A stretch of 64,000 bases of DNA from Eledone cirrhosa (GCA_964016885.1 OZ024742.1:18724001-18788000), one strand, 5' to 3'. Positions 23,701 through 38,666 are shown, counted from the first letter of the stretch. The notes: generated by a model from the sequence alone, not told the origin. Translations and numbers: made by a program.

Positions 23701-25285
23701 GTATATTTAATTAAGTAATTTTAGTTAATATATGGAACCTGTCGATAATCCATTAGATTCCTTCACCTTTTTTCTTTTTAAACTTTCTTCCTAAATATAA
23801 ACATGGATATAATAAACTACTCTAAAAGGTCTATACTTCCAATGTATTAAATAAAATATACGTAAGGTAAATTTCTATACTAAATATAAGTTTATCTGTA
23901 GAATCATTGGGTTTTTTTAATTTTTTTAAATCTTTTAAATTATTTTTATTTATTTGTTTTGATTATGATAGCTTCTCATAACTTTCACAAGTCTACCCTC
24001 TCAATATCTTGATTGAGATATACGTAGGATAAATTTCTATACTAAATATATAAAACATATTATTTTAACTTAAGATACTCTATAGTGTTTTAATGATATT
24101 TAATGCTTTGATATTTCTAGATTTCTTTTGACTATATAGTTGCATTTCCAAAATATATTCCTTTGGTATTTTAAATTTATATTGTTATGGTTATATTTAC
24201 AAATTATAATCCTTTGGTAATTTATTGATATTGGATTATCTCTATACAAATGCATATGTGTGTATTAACATGCATAGAAAGTGTTATAGATTTTTTGTGT
24301 TTGTATATGTGTCTGTATATATACATGAGTGATGCATGAGGACGCACGCAAATATTTATTTATACATATATATGTGTATATATGTATGTGTATATATCTA
24401 TGTGGTTGAGAGGTATGTTGCAGATGTGCATAATATTAAACACATGAATGGTAATCGTATATATGAGGACATGATTGTTAATCGTATATATTTGTATATA
24501 TATACTGTGAAATTTCTATAACACAAGGAATGTATAGCAGTGATTAAGAGAAATCATTTACGTTTTGTATGGCTATATTGTTGGCTTGAGTAAACATAAT
24601 TTCTATTTTCAGGACGTGCAAATCTATATGTATGTATATATACATATATATTTGTATGTCTTTGCATAAAATACTAATCTCTATAGCAAGGGTACATTTT
24701 GAACTCAGATTTTGGTATATTGATCTCAAGTTTCTAAACTAAACATATGGTCATTATTGAACAATGTTTAATTTCTCATATTATATATCTATGTCCCATT
24801 CATGAATATTGATACTTATATTTATATTTTTATTATTCATTTCATATAAATTGTTAACTTAACTTAATATGACATGACGTAAAGTCGTCACTGTCCCACC
24901 CTCTCTCTATATAGTATTTCTCTCTCTTGAGTTTTTCTTTCTGTATGATGACTTGATATCTCACTGTTGCTTTCCTTTGTTTTTCTTATTCCTTCCTTTT
25001 CTTTCTTTTTTATTTCCTCCTATCTTTATCTATCTCTTTCTTTTCTCCATACATTTCTCTCTCTCTCCGATATTTCTCCAGGTTTTCTTTCTCTTTTCTT
25101 TCTCTCTCTCCGTCTTTGTTCTTTTCTCTCTCTCCGTCTTTTTTCTTTCTCTCCGTTTTTTTCTAATTGTGCTTAACACTATGACTTATTATATAAACAA
25201 ATCAGTATCCAGACAGCCTCCAAAAGTAATGGTTGTATTTTAAAAGGGTACGTCAAACCTATTTGTAAAACTGTTATATATTGTA

Positions 25286-25346
25286 TTTTGTCTGATGAAG
25301 GCATACCATAATTTAATGTGGTATCCCTGAAATATGTATAATGAAA
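25286..25346 (+). ncRNA. Type I hammerhead ribozyme, likely in the pLTR of the upstream PLE
   Basis: TTTTGT-CTGATGA-AGGCATACCATA...TGTGGTATCCCT-GAAA-TATGTA-TA-ATGAAA, with a long stem II, quasi-palindromic stem III and AUA triplet. Confidence 0.7.
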
Positions 25347-25922
25347 TAAATATAGTTTTATAAATATAGTTTCCATTTATTAATATCGTATATATATATA
25401 TATATATATAAACCAGTAGAGCAAATATTTATTATTAGCCCAGAATGAAAGTTTAAGCAAACAATTTCTGCTTACAACATAAAACGGAATCTTCTCACAA
25501 ACACGCATGCGCACACACGGACACACAGGCAGACAGAAGGACAGACAGACATACACACAAACACACACATATATATAAGGTGTAGTGATAATGACCGAGG
25601 TTAAAACAACTGTCTGTTGAAACAAATCGATTCCCCAATGAGCTGATTTGATTTTTTGATCACACACGCAGAGAGAAGCCAAAAAGAGACACACACCTAA
25701 ATGGACCACAACCGACATAGAGAGAAATCGATAGAAATACAGGTACACACACGCATACAAGAACACGCACACATACACACACTCACACTGCAGCATAAAT
25801 ATTGTATTTGCTGAGAAAGTGAAGGATGGAGATTTTGATATGATTTTATGGGCCTGAAATGACACATATTGAAGCGATTGAAAGGGACAAAGGATCATTT
25901 GAACAGTCTATTACAAAAGGAC

Positions 25923-25976
<54 letters not shown>

Positions 25977-26212
25977 TTGTGTGTACATGTGCACGTGTGT
26001 GTATGTTTGTATATGTGTATATGTATAAACATATGTGCATATATGTAAACATACATACATATATATATATACATACGTACACATACATACATACATATAT
26101 AAACATATGTGCATATATGTAAACATACATACATACATATATATATACATACATACACATACATACTTACATATATAAACATATGTGCATATATGTAAAC
26201 ATACATACATAC

Positions 26213-26287
<75 letters not shown>

Positions 26288-26460
26288 TTCATCCAGCAAT
26301 GTGTGTGTGTGCGCGCGCGTGTGTGTGTGTGTACGTGTGTGCCTGTGTATGTGTGTGTGTGTTTGTTTGAAGCAAGCAGGAATATAACTGAAAAGAAAAT
26401 GTTTTATGAAACAAAATTTCATGGCTCCTAGCCAGAATACTCAAACCCATCTTAGACACC

Positions 26461-27764
26461 TTGCCGGGACACGTTAACAGCTCCGAGGAGGTGTTGAAGC
26501 GCCTGCATCAAATGGATCCCGACACCAGAAGGAATAACAGATATGCCTTCAGCCTTGATGTAGTCGCTCTCTACACCTCGGTCCCGGCACTCCCGGCCGT
26601 CAATATACTGATAGAACGCGTCCAATCCACCGACCTACACTGCTTCGGGCTCACCACCACTGACATCCACCAACTCCTATCCATCGTCGTCGACAACACC
26701 TACTTCGGATTCCTTGACCAAACATACCAACAAACCTCGGGATTGCCCATGGGATCAAGCCTATCAGGTGTGTTAGCGATCTCTTACATGGACAACCTCG
26801 AACGCAAGGCACTCAACGCCTGCCACCCCAACGCCGTAGCCTTTTTCTCAAGGTACGTGGACGATATCCTCATCCTCACATCTTCCCAAGACACGGCGAA
26901 CAGAATGTATGAGACGTTCAACAACACGGACGAGAACATTGACTTCAGTGTTGAACACCCCAACGAAGACGGGTCACTTGCCCTCCTCGACTTCCGAATC
27001 AACATCACGGAACAGGGAAGGATCCACTGCAACTTCTACCGAAAGGCAGCCTGCGGGACCTGTTCGTTCACTACAAGTCCGCCCTCCCTAACAGTGCCAA
27101 AAGAGGATACATCACGAACAAGATCGCGCGAATCAAAAACAGATGCAGCGATCCCGCGAGTGGTGTCACTCATACCAAGCGATTCCTCGAGGTGCTGGAG
27201 ACGAACCGGTACCCTACCTCGATCACAGACAGAATAGGAGACACCAGACACAAGAGACAGAGAGGCACCCAAGGCAAGTGCTTCCTTAAAATGCCACACC
27301 TGGGCGAGAATACCACCAACGCTATCCGCAAAGCTATACGGAGGGAGGGCTTCGACATCCACCTGGCCCACTCGGGCCCCTCCTTGCGAAGATGCCTCTC
27401 AAGGAAATCCAGGAAATCTACTGACGCATGCTCCCTCAGAGACTGCCCGATACGCCATGCGAACTGTTGCCTACGCACATACGTCGTGTATAAGATAGAA
27501 TGTGACAGGTGCAACCAATACTACATAGGTAGCACAATCCGACCTTTGCACATCCGGATCAAAGAACACACTAAAGCCAGGGCCTCGTCTTTCCGGAAAC
27601 ACATAGACAAATGCGGAAACAAAGACGGAAGGCCCATTGTCACAATTCTAACGACTGAAAGAAACGTCGGCACGTTACGTATCAAGGAAGCGCTTTTTAT
27701 CAAACGCCTGCAACCGCAAATAAACAACCGATCAGAGAGAAGCGAAATGAAATGGCTGGTTTAA
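26461..27764 (+). pseudogene. PLE reverse transcriptase - GIY-YIG endonuclease ORF, one frameshift near 27050
   Basis: Motifs FSLDVVALYTSVP, YQQTSGLPMGSSLS, RYVDDIL, LALLDF, VVYKIECDRCNQYYIGSTIRPLHIRIKEH and RIKEALFIKRLQPQIN. Confidence 0.88.
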
Positions 27765-28139
27765 GTTAACAAACGATGCAGCAACACACAACACACGCAC
27801 ACACACACACAAACGAGACAACTACACACACACACAGTAGCATTCCACCATACGAACATACTACACTACCAATACATAGGAACAAGGCAACAACACACAC
27901 ACACACACACACTCAAGCGAGACAACAACACACGCACACACACACACAGTAACATTTAACAAACAGGCAGAGAATGAACTGACAGCTAGCGCTACCCCAC
28001 TCCATCATTCGGCCGCTGACCTCTACCCGACCGACCCCATTTCACGCGCACGCGCGCTCTGCCGAATACCTCAGATATTCAAAACAACAAACAGCGGAGG
28101 ACGCGTTTCGCACCTGTCCGACAGACAACCTTTCCCCCA

Positions 28140-28188
28140 CCCCTGAAAAAAATCACAGTTGATCGATGTGAATCCGAAATATATAGGG
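28140..28188 (+). ncRNA. Degenerate minimal hammerhead in PLE 3' region
   Basis: CCC-CTGAAAA-AAATCACA...TGTGAATCC-GAAA-TATA-TA-GGG. The core G8 is replaced by A, so it is probably inactive. Confidence 0.5.
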
Positions 28189-28533
28189 ATTATTAAATCT
28201 CTCCCAAGGTAACTCTCTCTTGTGTTGTTATTTTTATTTTATCCTTTATACTCTTCCCTTCATTCTTCTACACATCTTACACATCTTATACACACCACGC
28301 ATCTCAACGTACACCCACTTACATCTCTCTCTCCACCACCGGATCTTGTTACCCGGAGATTTACCCATTTGCATTGTCGAGGCTTCCAAACGACTTAAAG
28401 ATATTTACTTATTATTCCACAATGCTTCAAGCAAACTTCAATACTCTCATATATATATATATATATATATATGTAAGTCCAAAGAACCATTAGCTAAAAT
28501 ATCTAATTATATATATTTATACCCTGTGAATTT

Positions 28534-28562
<29 letters not shown>

Positions 28563-28564
<2 letters not shown>

Positions 28565-28820
28565 AAAAGGTAAACAGAAATAACAACACAATCCGTACAG
28601 TATATGGAAGGGATATATTAGGTTAACGCTTGATATAGCAGGAAGAGGGTCTTAACTTTTGGGAGGCTAGTCCTTCATCAGAAGAAAGAATGACAAAAAC
28701 GATAGATTGAGGGGACGGGCGGGTTGGAATTGGAAAAAATGTCTTTAGATAAAAATAACAGGTCCATTCATGTTGATATCTCTTGCAAAACTGTTGGTGC
28801 TGGCGCTTTGTGTATGATTT
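28563..28820 (-). mobile_element. Second copy of the 2007-2222 HHR-bearing repeat
   Basis: Same sequence family. The minus strand reads CTGATGA-AGGACTAGCCTCC-CAAAAGTTAAG at about 28650-28685. Confidence 0.65.
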
Positions 28821-28846
28821 ATATATATATATTATATATATATATG

Positions 28847-28946
<100 letters not shown>

Positions 28947-29000
28947 GTGGGAAAGTAAGAAATCAGAGAATAGACCGTTAAAACACGTTTATTTAAAAGA

Positions 29001-29040
29001 GCACCTACGTACGTTTCGCCCAGTTGGGCTTCTCAAGGGC
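29001..29040 (-). ncRNA. Minimal hammerhead, U3-A8 core variant (left arm)
   Basis: Exact reverse complement of 29170-29209. Confidence 0.7.
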
Positions 29041-29169
29041 ATAAATAATCAAAAATGTTCCTTACATTGCTCGGTAAAGCTAGCTATTTTTGCGAGCAAT
29101 GAATCTTGCCGTGGATTTAACCCCAAAAACTCTTTTCGAGCAATGTTAGGAACACTTTTGATTATTTAT

Positions 29170-29209
29170 GCCCTTGAGAAGCCCAACTGGGCGAAACGTA
29201 CGTAGGTGC
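29170..29209 (+). ncRNA. Minimal hammerhead, U3-A8 core variant (right arm)
   Basis: GCCC-TTGAGAA-GCCCaactGGGC-GAAA-CGTACG-TA-GGTGC, with a 4-bp stem II, palindromic ACGTACGT stem III and GUA triplet. Confidence 0.7.
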
Positions 29210-29424
29210 TGTTTTAAATAAACATGTTTTAACGGTCTATTCTCCGATTTCTTACTTTCCCACGTGCTTCCGCTCTGCTAACTCTCTAGCCCACTAAATA
29301 TTAACACTTCGAATATTTAATACTGCCGGCACTAGTATCGAGCACCTTTGGCATACGCTACTTGGCAAATAACTATATGTATCACCTATCCTCCCCTTTT
29401 TATTCTCTCTCTCGATAAGTAAAT

Positions 29425-29841
<417 letters not shown>

Positions 29842-29994
29842 AAATAAAGATCCGAAGGCATGGTATAAATTTCCAATCATTTTAATCACGGCACATGTTT
29901 CAATAAGAGATAGATAGATCGTGTAGCCATGATCGATTATCACTGATCTCGTCAGGTGAAAATGAATCGTCAAATTGAGATTTGACCAATATAA

Positions 29995-30166
29995 CTGTTT
30001 CTACTTTAGGCACAAGGCCAGCAATTACCCAGTGCATTACTGGAATTTTATTTTATCGACCCCGTAAGGATGAAAGGCAAAGTCAACCTCGGCGGGATTT
30101 GAACTCAGATCGTAAAGGGACGTAACTATGCTGGAAAGCATGGTGTCTCACCCTCTACCGATACTA
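29995..30166 (-). mobile_element. SINE family A
   Basis: High similarity to 9027-9211 and 48214-48378. Confidence 0.85.
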
Positions 30167-30200
30167 ACATTTGTTGTTTTGTAAACTAACTTTCGGTGAA

Positions 30201-30420
30201 TACTATGTTGGTATATTTGTATTTTTTCTTTAACCTCGTGTAGGTGTGTGTGAGTGTGTGTGTACTCACTCACACTAACTGTGATCGTCTATAGTTCTAC
30301 AGATTTGATGCTATGTTGGTATATGTATATATATATTTTTTCTTTGACCTCGCGTCATGTGTGTGAGTGTGTGTACCCACTCACATTAACTGTGACCGAC
30401 TGTAATTCTACAGATTTGAT
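30201..30420. repeat. Diverged ~110-bp tandem duplication
   Basis: CTATGTTGGTATAT...TTCTACAGATTTGAT occurs at about 30203 and 30311. Confidence 0.75.
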
Positions 30421-30970
30421 CGATGTCCAGCGTCTTTTACAGCTATTGGGAGATAGAGACTTGATAGTTTTATTACCCTAACTGAAGACGATACACACAC
30501 ACACACGCTTACACCTCCACTTATTCTCTCTTACACACACATACACACACAAAGACCAGTTTTAACACGATGGAGCATCTATTCCCCACATTTACGTATA
30601 GACATATCTTCTCACACACTCACACAGACACACACACATACTTACACCTTCACGTATTCTCCCACACACTTAAACATACATGTACAAAACCCCTTTTAAA
30701 GGAAGACTACTCTTTATCCACATAACCTTCACTCTTTGACATTAGAGATAGAACAGATTGTCTATACCATTTCCTGTCAGGATGACTTGGCAAGCTATTT
30801 AGAACACTGGTTTAACAACTTTACTTCCCTCCGAAGAAGAGATATTATCTCGAAAATTAAGGATATTTAAATAAATTTAAGGTAAAAGACTAATTGTTAA
30901 CAATATCTTTTTCATTTGCATTTATATTCTATATCCATACCTGCATTGATTTGGCTTTACAAATACAAAC

Positions 30971-31071
<101 letters not shown>

Positions 31072-31134
31072 TATAGGTAGTTGTCAGATTTAAAGACATA
31101 GAGTTGAAAATGTTTCTTATTTTTAAATCAATTG

Positions 31135-31340
31135 TGGTTTCTGATTTAGGTACAAGCCCAACAATTTTTTGGGGAGGGGAGGGGGAATGTCGATTAAATC
31201 GACACCAGTGCATTACTGGTACTTTATTTTATCAACCCTGCAAGGATGAAAAGCAAAGTTAACTCAGAACGTAAAGAGCCGTAACTATCTGCCGACATAT
31301 GTTGTGCGACACTCTAACGATACTGTCAATCCACCACCGT
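31135..31340 (-). mobile_element. SINE family A, longer-tail subfamily
   Basis: Core CTGGTACTTTATTTT...AAGGATGAAAAGCAAAGTTAAC plus a GTCGATTAAATCGAC segment. Confidence 0.75.
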
Positions 31341-31769
31341 TGTTAAATTAATTATAAGACGTATAATAAATATTTTTTGAATTAAAACAGAAATGTTATT
31401 TGTTGTTGAAACCATAAAACGAGTTAAATGTTGCACTGGTCAGTTGAAGGAAACAATGGCGTCGTAACTATTTGTTTAAGAAACATCCAATCACAGGATA
31501 TTTTATGTATTACATACAATAGAAATACATATTTTTAATCATTAAGCAGTTTTATTATTGGTGCAGCAGAGAGAATTAGAAATAAAAAATCGATATCGAT
31601 CTCCTAAAAGCTTCTTGTCCTAATTAGCCCAGGTGAAGAGGAATCTGGATTTCTCAATAAATCTGTATAATTCGCAGGTATCTTTCAATGTAACATTGTT
31701 ATATCTTCTATTCTGAACGAGGCAAATGTTATAAGACATCTTCCACTTTATTTATGAGTTATTGACTGA

Positions 31770-32400
31770 GCTGATATCATCCTATAGTTGATATTACATT
31801 GGCAACAGAGCTGATAACATTTTTTCACTGATAATACACTGGCAAATGACCATATCACCTTATCTCTGATGATACATGAATAACATGCCGATATATCATT
31901 TTCCCTGATAATATATGGCAGTTGTGCCGATATTAGGCAATTGAGCTGGTAATATACAGGCAATTCAACTGATATCATTTTCTCACTGATAATACACGTA
32001 TAAGGGAGCTGATATCATCTCACTGGTAATACACGTATAAGTGAGCTGATATCTCACTGATAATACACGTATAAGTGAGCTGATATCTCACTGATAATAC
32101 ACGTATAAGTGAGCTGATATCTCACTGATAATACACGTATAAGTGAGCTGATATCCTCTTCTCACGTATAATACACGGATAAGTGAGCTGATATCTCACT
32201 GGTAATACACGTATAAGGGAGCTGATATCCTCTTCCCACTTATAATACACGGATAAGTGAGCTGATATCTCACTGATAATACACATATATGTGAGCTGAT
32301 ATCCCCTTCTCACTGATAATACACTCACATCTGAACTGGTATGGTTTTCTCACTGATAGTACACGGATAACTGAGCTGACAATATCTTCTCCTTGTTAAT
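31770..32400. repeat. 34-40-bp minisatellite (TGAGCTGATATCTCACTGATAATACACGTATAAG)
   Basis: Perfect 34-bp copies at 32042-32150 with degenerate copies on both flanks. Confidence 0.9.
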
Positions 32401-32904
32401 ACACGGCCATATATCGTCGGTTCACTTGCAATGTAATACTGTTATATGTCCTTGTATATTGATATATGTCCTTGTGTATTGTATATGTTATATGTCTTTG
32501 TATATTGATGTGTAGCTTTATGTATTGATATTATTATTAACGTATTAGAAATTGTAAATATTTATGGAGTGAGAGCAGAGTCGTTGACACCAGAAGTGAG
32601 GTTTAATGTTTACATTGACCTAAGTAAACAAAACGTCGTTGTTAGTGTGAAGGGGTTTATAGTATAGTTGTAACAACAACAATAGGAGATATGAAGTTGA
32701 CTTTCACTTGTCACTAGATTTCACATAGAATTTGTATAGCTATATTATATAGACACTGTTATAACATGCTTCATATGTACACCATATAAATACTGTTATA
32801 AAATGCTTCCTATGTACACCATATACATACTGTTATAACATGTACATTTATTGCATCATATAAACACAGAAGTTGTTATTAAACGTCTATGCTTTTAATG
32901 AATG

Positions 32905-33025
32905 CGAGTGACTAAGTGGTTAGAGAATTGGATTCGCAATTGTGAGATTGTGAGTTCGATTCACGGGCGCGATGATGCGTTAGGTCTTTGAGTAAGACAC
33001 TTTATTTCACGTTGCTCCTTCTGCT
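32905..33025 (+). mobile_element. SINE family B (tRNA head plus CORE-like domain), 5' part
   Basis: TGACTAAGTGG...GAGTTCGATTC...TTTGAGTAAGACACTTTATTTCACGTTGCTCC. Confidence 0.65.
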
Positions 33026-33527
33026 AGGAGTTGCCATAGTATCAACGTTGAAAAGATCAATGGAAACATTGTTTCCTTGGCCTAATTTAACGTGCTCCGC
33101 CCTACACTCGGTAATCGAACGAGGTCTAAGATCTTGTCGATCGATTAAAAAATGTTTTTGTTTCATTGCTCATTAACTATAAATCTAGTTAAAAGCAAAT
33201 TTAACATTCCTCTTCTCACGCTCGTTTTGTCCATTTAACCTAATTAAAAATAATTTTCTCCAATTTACTGTATTCTTTACGTTTAGCATGAAAAATTATA
33301 CAGATTGAATATGATGGGTATGAGAAAAAATATAAGAAAGATATGAAAAAAGACCAAAACAACAACAACAATAAAAGCAAAAAAGCAAAAACAAAACAAA
33401 GCAAAAACAGAATGAATAATTGAAAAATAAAGCAGTTATTGAAATGGCCGCTAGATGGCTGACAGGAAGTCATGTTAGTTTTATTTCTTCAGTGAAACAA
33501 TTTTAAAAGTTAGATTTATACGGTAAA

Positions 33528-36150
33528 ATAATAATAATAATAATGAAATTATTGTGTAAAGTGCTCAGGTGCACTACAACTCGTCAAAGGTGTATGTATA
33601 GTACATAGAATAATACACAAATGTCAGGGAAGTGAATAGTGTCATGGTATACATGTGTATATGTGTATGGAGGGGGAACATTAGCTGTAGTGTTGGCGGA
33701 TCTCGGGAAGCATGGAGGCCTTAAAGGATGCAGTGTCTTGACTTGACAGCTAACAACTGATGCAGGTAGTTTGTTCCATGCTTCAGCAACTCTGAGCGTG
33801 AAAAAATGTTTCCGAAAGTTATGGGAACTGTGCTGTTTTCTTACTTTGTGGGCATGTCCACGTGTGTTAGACACATGGAAATCAAAAAGGTACTCAGGGT
33901 TGTTGTTGGCAACATGGTTAACAATTTTGTGGGTGTTTACCAAGTCAGTTGCCAGGCGTCGGAGCTTCAATGTATCCATGCCCAGGGAAGCAAGGCGCTC
34001 AGAGTATGGTAGATGCCTGATGGAGGGTATTCGCTTGGTTGCACGTCTCTGAACAGTTTCCAGGCGGTCAATGTTCTGAGCAAGATAGGGGTTACAGACC
34101 GGTGATGCAAATTCTAAGTGTGGTCGCACCATAGCCATGTACAGCCTTAAATAGATATCTGGAGAGCGGCTGACAAAGGTCTTGCTGAGTGATGCTAAGA
34201 CACCCTCGGCTCTCTTGACAATTTTAGAGACGTGCTTCGTCCAACGCAAATCGCTGCTGACCATAATGCCCAGGACACGTTCACAAGAAGACTTCTTGAT
34301 ATTAGTGTTGTGGAGGAAGTATGTGGACGCTGGGTTTTTACTCCCAAAATGCATGGTGGTGCACTTGTCCAAGCTAGCTTGAGTTGCCAGTCTGAGATCC
34401 ATTGTTGCATTGTGTCCAGGTCAGACTGCAAACAAGATCTATAGTGTTCAGGATCTGTCCTTTTTATCTCAAGGTACAGCTTGATGTCGTCTGCGTACTT
34501 TAGTACCGTGGCATTCTTTAAGTTGGCATCTATGTCATTAATATATGCCACAAACAAAAGGGGGCCAAGATCAGATCCCTGTGGTACACCAGATGACATC
34601 TCATATGGTGAGGAATGCTGTCCCAGAACCGTGACTACCTCTCTTCGGCTGAGAATGAAGGACTTCAACCAGTTAAAAAGATCATCCTTCACACCCATTG
34701 CAGAGAGTTTTGCCATAAGCCTTTTGTGTGGCACAGAATTGAAGGCTTTCGCAAAGTCAAGATAAACAACATCCACCCATGAGCCGCCATCAGTGATCCA
34801 GGTGATGTCCTCAAGAAACTCTATAAGTTGATCACAGCAGCTGGAGTTAGGGATAAATCCAAATTGCGAGGGCCGGATAAGACTGTGAGAGCTCCAGAAG
34901 TTCCAAAGTGTTTCTCTGACACAGGATTCCATCAGTTTGGCGATGCAACTAGTAAGACTGACTGGACGATAGTTCACAGGTGATGTGCGGTCACCCTTTT
35001 TGAACAGAGGAATGACACTGGCAGTTTTCCACTGTTCTGGAGTAGTACTGTTGTTCAGACAGAATTGGAAGAAGCGTGATAACTGGTACAGAAGGGAGTA
35101 CCCACCACGTTTAAGAAGCAGGTACGTAACACCATCAAGACCAGGAGAGGCATGGTTGCGTTTATTTTTTAGGTGACGTCGCAGCATTGCAGGTGTAAAT
35201 TCCATGGTTGTAATAGAGTCCGGTGTCATAGGTGGTGGAGATGGTACACTCTGGTCTTCAATAGTGAAAATGCCTGCATAGCATTCAGCAATGAGCTCTG
35301 CGCATTCCTTGGGGTCGTCAGTAACATGGGTTGTGTGGGGATTGCGAAGAGGACCAACTGGAGAGTGAGGCCTCTGCTTTGAGTGAACATACTTCCAGAA
35401 CACCTTACTGTCAGGGCTGGTTGCTATGTGCTGCTCAAATTGAAGCACTGCCTTTTTTGTCACCTGTTTGAGGTGGTTGGACGATCTATTTCGCCTCTTC
35501 CTATTAATGTCTGATTTGTGAAGTTTGTACTCACGTTCAGCATTGCGCCGTTCTTTTCTGGCAAGACGGACTGCTGCAGTCTCCCAAATTGCACTTTTGG
35601 GATGTTTTTTCCGCTTGCGTGGCACCGAAGCTGCACATGTCCATATTGAGCTCAGGATGTTCTGGAGTACATTTTTGACATCTCAAGAGTCGTAGAACTC
35701 AAGCCAGTTTGGCCGTTGCAACTCGGTGCAGTAACAGTTCCAGTCTGCTTTATTCCAGTCAAAGTGAGCAGTTTGGAGATAGTTGTGGTTCTTGTTACTG
35801 CCCATGAGGGATAGATTGGCAATGATCATAGCATGATCAGAGTCACCTAAAGGTTCCTCAGCAGTAACACTAATGACCGTTTCAGGAGTAGTGGTGAAGA
35901 GTAGGTCCAAAGTGTTGTCACGTCTTGTTGGGGAGGTGACCACCTGGGACCAACTCGAGTCCAGCACTAGCTCAAGGAAGTCATTTGCACTTGGCGGCCA
36001 ACGAAAGGTTTCCCAGTCAATCTCAGGGTGATTGAAGTCTCCTGCAATGAAAACATAAGTGGCTGTCTTCCTGGCAGCAGCTCTGAGGATATCACAAAGT
36101 TGAGTGTCCTGATGGTAATTTGGGGGACGGTAAACGACGGTAAACGACTC
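33528..36150 (-). mobile_element. 5'-truncated CR1-clade LINE (APE C-half plus RT), frameshifted
   Basis: Motifs VVYRPP, AGDFNHP, DNTLDLLF, SDHAMI, NYRPVSLTS, YLDFAKAFNSVPH, SGVPQGS, KYADD, VRPHLEFA, LETVQRRATK and WNKLP. An (ATT)n 3' tail lies near 33530. Confidence 0.93.
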
Positions 36151-36781
36151 CAAGTAGCAGTGTTGACATGGTTCCCCCGTCCATGTCCACACGTGGTTTG
36201 TTGGCGAAAATCAAGTCAAATTAAATATACTTCGTTAAAATAATTCTATGTTGAAACTGGTACTAGTTGCCAGGGAACAGTCAAAGTAATTGTAATAATG
36301 AATATTGTAATCCATCTGACGTGTTTAAAGGGCAGTTTTTGGTGAAAATATTATATTATATCGCATGTTTTACAGCAGAATTTCCTCTTTTGTTTCCTGT
36401 TAAATGATTTTCTTCTAGTTTATTGCACTGCCTCTTATTTTATTGTCAAGTCAGTCGTTTTCTATTATGGTATACTATTTTCTAGCAACATAACATCAAT
36501 ATATTCTCTTAAAATATGTTTACAAATCTTCATTATTTTAAATATTGAAAAACTGTGTCGTATTTAATGTTAGTCAATAAATATATATTTCGCCGAGAAA
36601 GGATGTTTTTGTGACAAGAGAAGTGTCGTGCCCCAATAAAAATACATTAACTAAGATTTTGTTATAGTGTACAAAAAAAATACAATCTTTAGGTTTATAC
36701 ATCAAACGGTTTACAGATAAATTATATCCATACACACACACATACACCCTCCCCCCACACACATATATATATACATATTTT

Positions 36782-36926
<145 letters not shown>

Positions 36927-36979
36927 CCGCAAGGTGAAACATTTGTTCTCGGTATGGTGAACTAACTGTTGTGTTACTA

Positions 36980-37016
<37 letters not shown>

Positions 37017-38029
37017 TGCCTACTTAAACAGATACTAATATTGAATGTGTATTGTTGTAAAGTAGGTTGACTGTGCTGATAAATTGGTCGGTACAAAACT
37101 TCAATCAGTTTTTTTTATTCGATTGAATCACTGCTAATCTATATTTCTGATCAACTTTTGTATATATTGGATAGCATTGCAGCTTCTTTTCAATATCTAC
37201 ATGGCACAGAAGCGAACAATTATTGGTAGTTAGTGTGATTGACAAAGTTCTATGAAAATTAATCTGAAAAAGAAAAGAGTTATCTGAAGAGCAAAAGAGG
37301 GAAAGAGAGAGAATGCGAACGAGGAGTGAAAATAACGAAGTGTGGGGTCGAGAAGTAAAGAGCAAAGTGGAGATAATCGATGTATTCTATAATTGGAGAC
37401 GTAAATATTACACGAACATACCCTGTACTTGCCGTTCTACAGAGAATGGACGTAGAACTTCAATATTATATGTATGCGCAGTTAGATGAACGTCGCACTT
37501 CCTTTTTTTTACATCACTAATTCAGTTCTTTTTGTTCTGCAGTTTTCTTTGTAATTTTTTAAAACTTTTATTTTCTATATTTTTTCCTATCCTTTTATTC
37601 TTCAGTTTTATGTATATGATCAGTTGCTATGTTCTCTCTCTCTGACGTATCCCTCTCTCTCGTATCTCTCTCTATCACATCTTCTCTCTCCCCCCCACTC
37701 CTTGTTCTTAACCATCACTATTTGTCGTAACAAAAATAAGGCTCAGTATTGAGATATATAGGTGAAGGATAATTACATACAACATTTCTTTTATCTAGAT
37801 GCAGGAACTTCAGCCATTGTTGAATATATTCATGAACCTTTTCTTTGTGATATTGCTTTATCTGTTTCATTTGACATTCAACAAATATATGGAATATATA
37901 CATACATGATATAGGCAAAATATAACACTGATTTCCAATGTGTATTATACGCCCTTTAATGTTATGGGGGAATATGGTCTCCACGGAATTAAAAGTAAAT
38001 CAGAATGTCTTTAACTCTTGATGGAGTTG

Positions 38030-38325
38030 GTTGAAGAGTTGGACTCACAATGGTGAGGTTGTGTGTTTGATTACTGGACCAGGCGATGCAAGAAACTTTA
38101 TTTCACCTTGCTTCAGCTGGACAAATGAATTGAGACATTACTGGTGCCAAGCCATTGCTTTTCCCTTGAATGACTTCGCTGATGTAGGCAATGGAGTTGG
38201 GTAAGCATGGGTCACTGCTGGTCTTCCTCAAAAATACCTTCCCTGGCCTTGTGTTTTGGAAGGGATCTTTCTAGGTGCAAAACCCATGGTCATTCGTGAC
38301 CGAAGGGGAACTTTACGCTTTGCCC
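38030..38325 (+). mobile_element. SINE family B, diverged
   Basis: Similar to 51515-51775 (CTGGTGCCAAGC...CTGCTGGTCTTCC...TAGGTGCAA.CCCATG.TCA.TCGTGAC.GAA). Confidence 0.6.
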
Positions 38326-38539
38326 TTTATATATATATATATATATATATATATCTTTGCTTTCTTTTCTTTACCACCACCCACTTCCTTTTGATGCAAA
38401 CCCATTTAAAAACGCACTTGATTCTACAATATGGAACTGTTTGTGTTAATGTATTTATATGTAGTTGTCTACAACACTTACATCATGATGTTATGTAAGA
38501 ACCTTTGAGGAGTTATTCTCCAAACACCAGATAAATAAT

Positions 38540-38666
38540 CGTTTCTGATTTAGCTACAAGGCCAACAATTTTGGGGAGGGGAAAGTCGATTAATTCGACC
38601 CAAATGCGTTACTAGTGGTTTATTTTATCGACCTCGTAAGGACGAAAGGCAAAGCTAACCTCGGCA
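38540..38666 (-). mobile_element. SINE family A, partial
   Basis: TTTATTTTATCGACCTCGTAAGGACGAAAGGCAAAGCTAACCTCGGC. Confidence 0.7.

Larger units (their letters stand above)
26430..28200 (+). mobile_element. 5'-truncated Penelope-like element (RT plus GIY-YIG) with 3' pLTR region
   Basis: RT and GIY-YIG coding remnants, followed by a 3' UTR that ends in an HHR-like motif. Confidence 0.88.
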
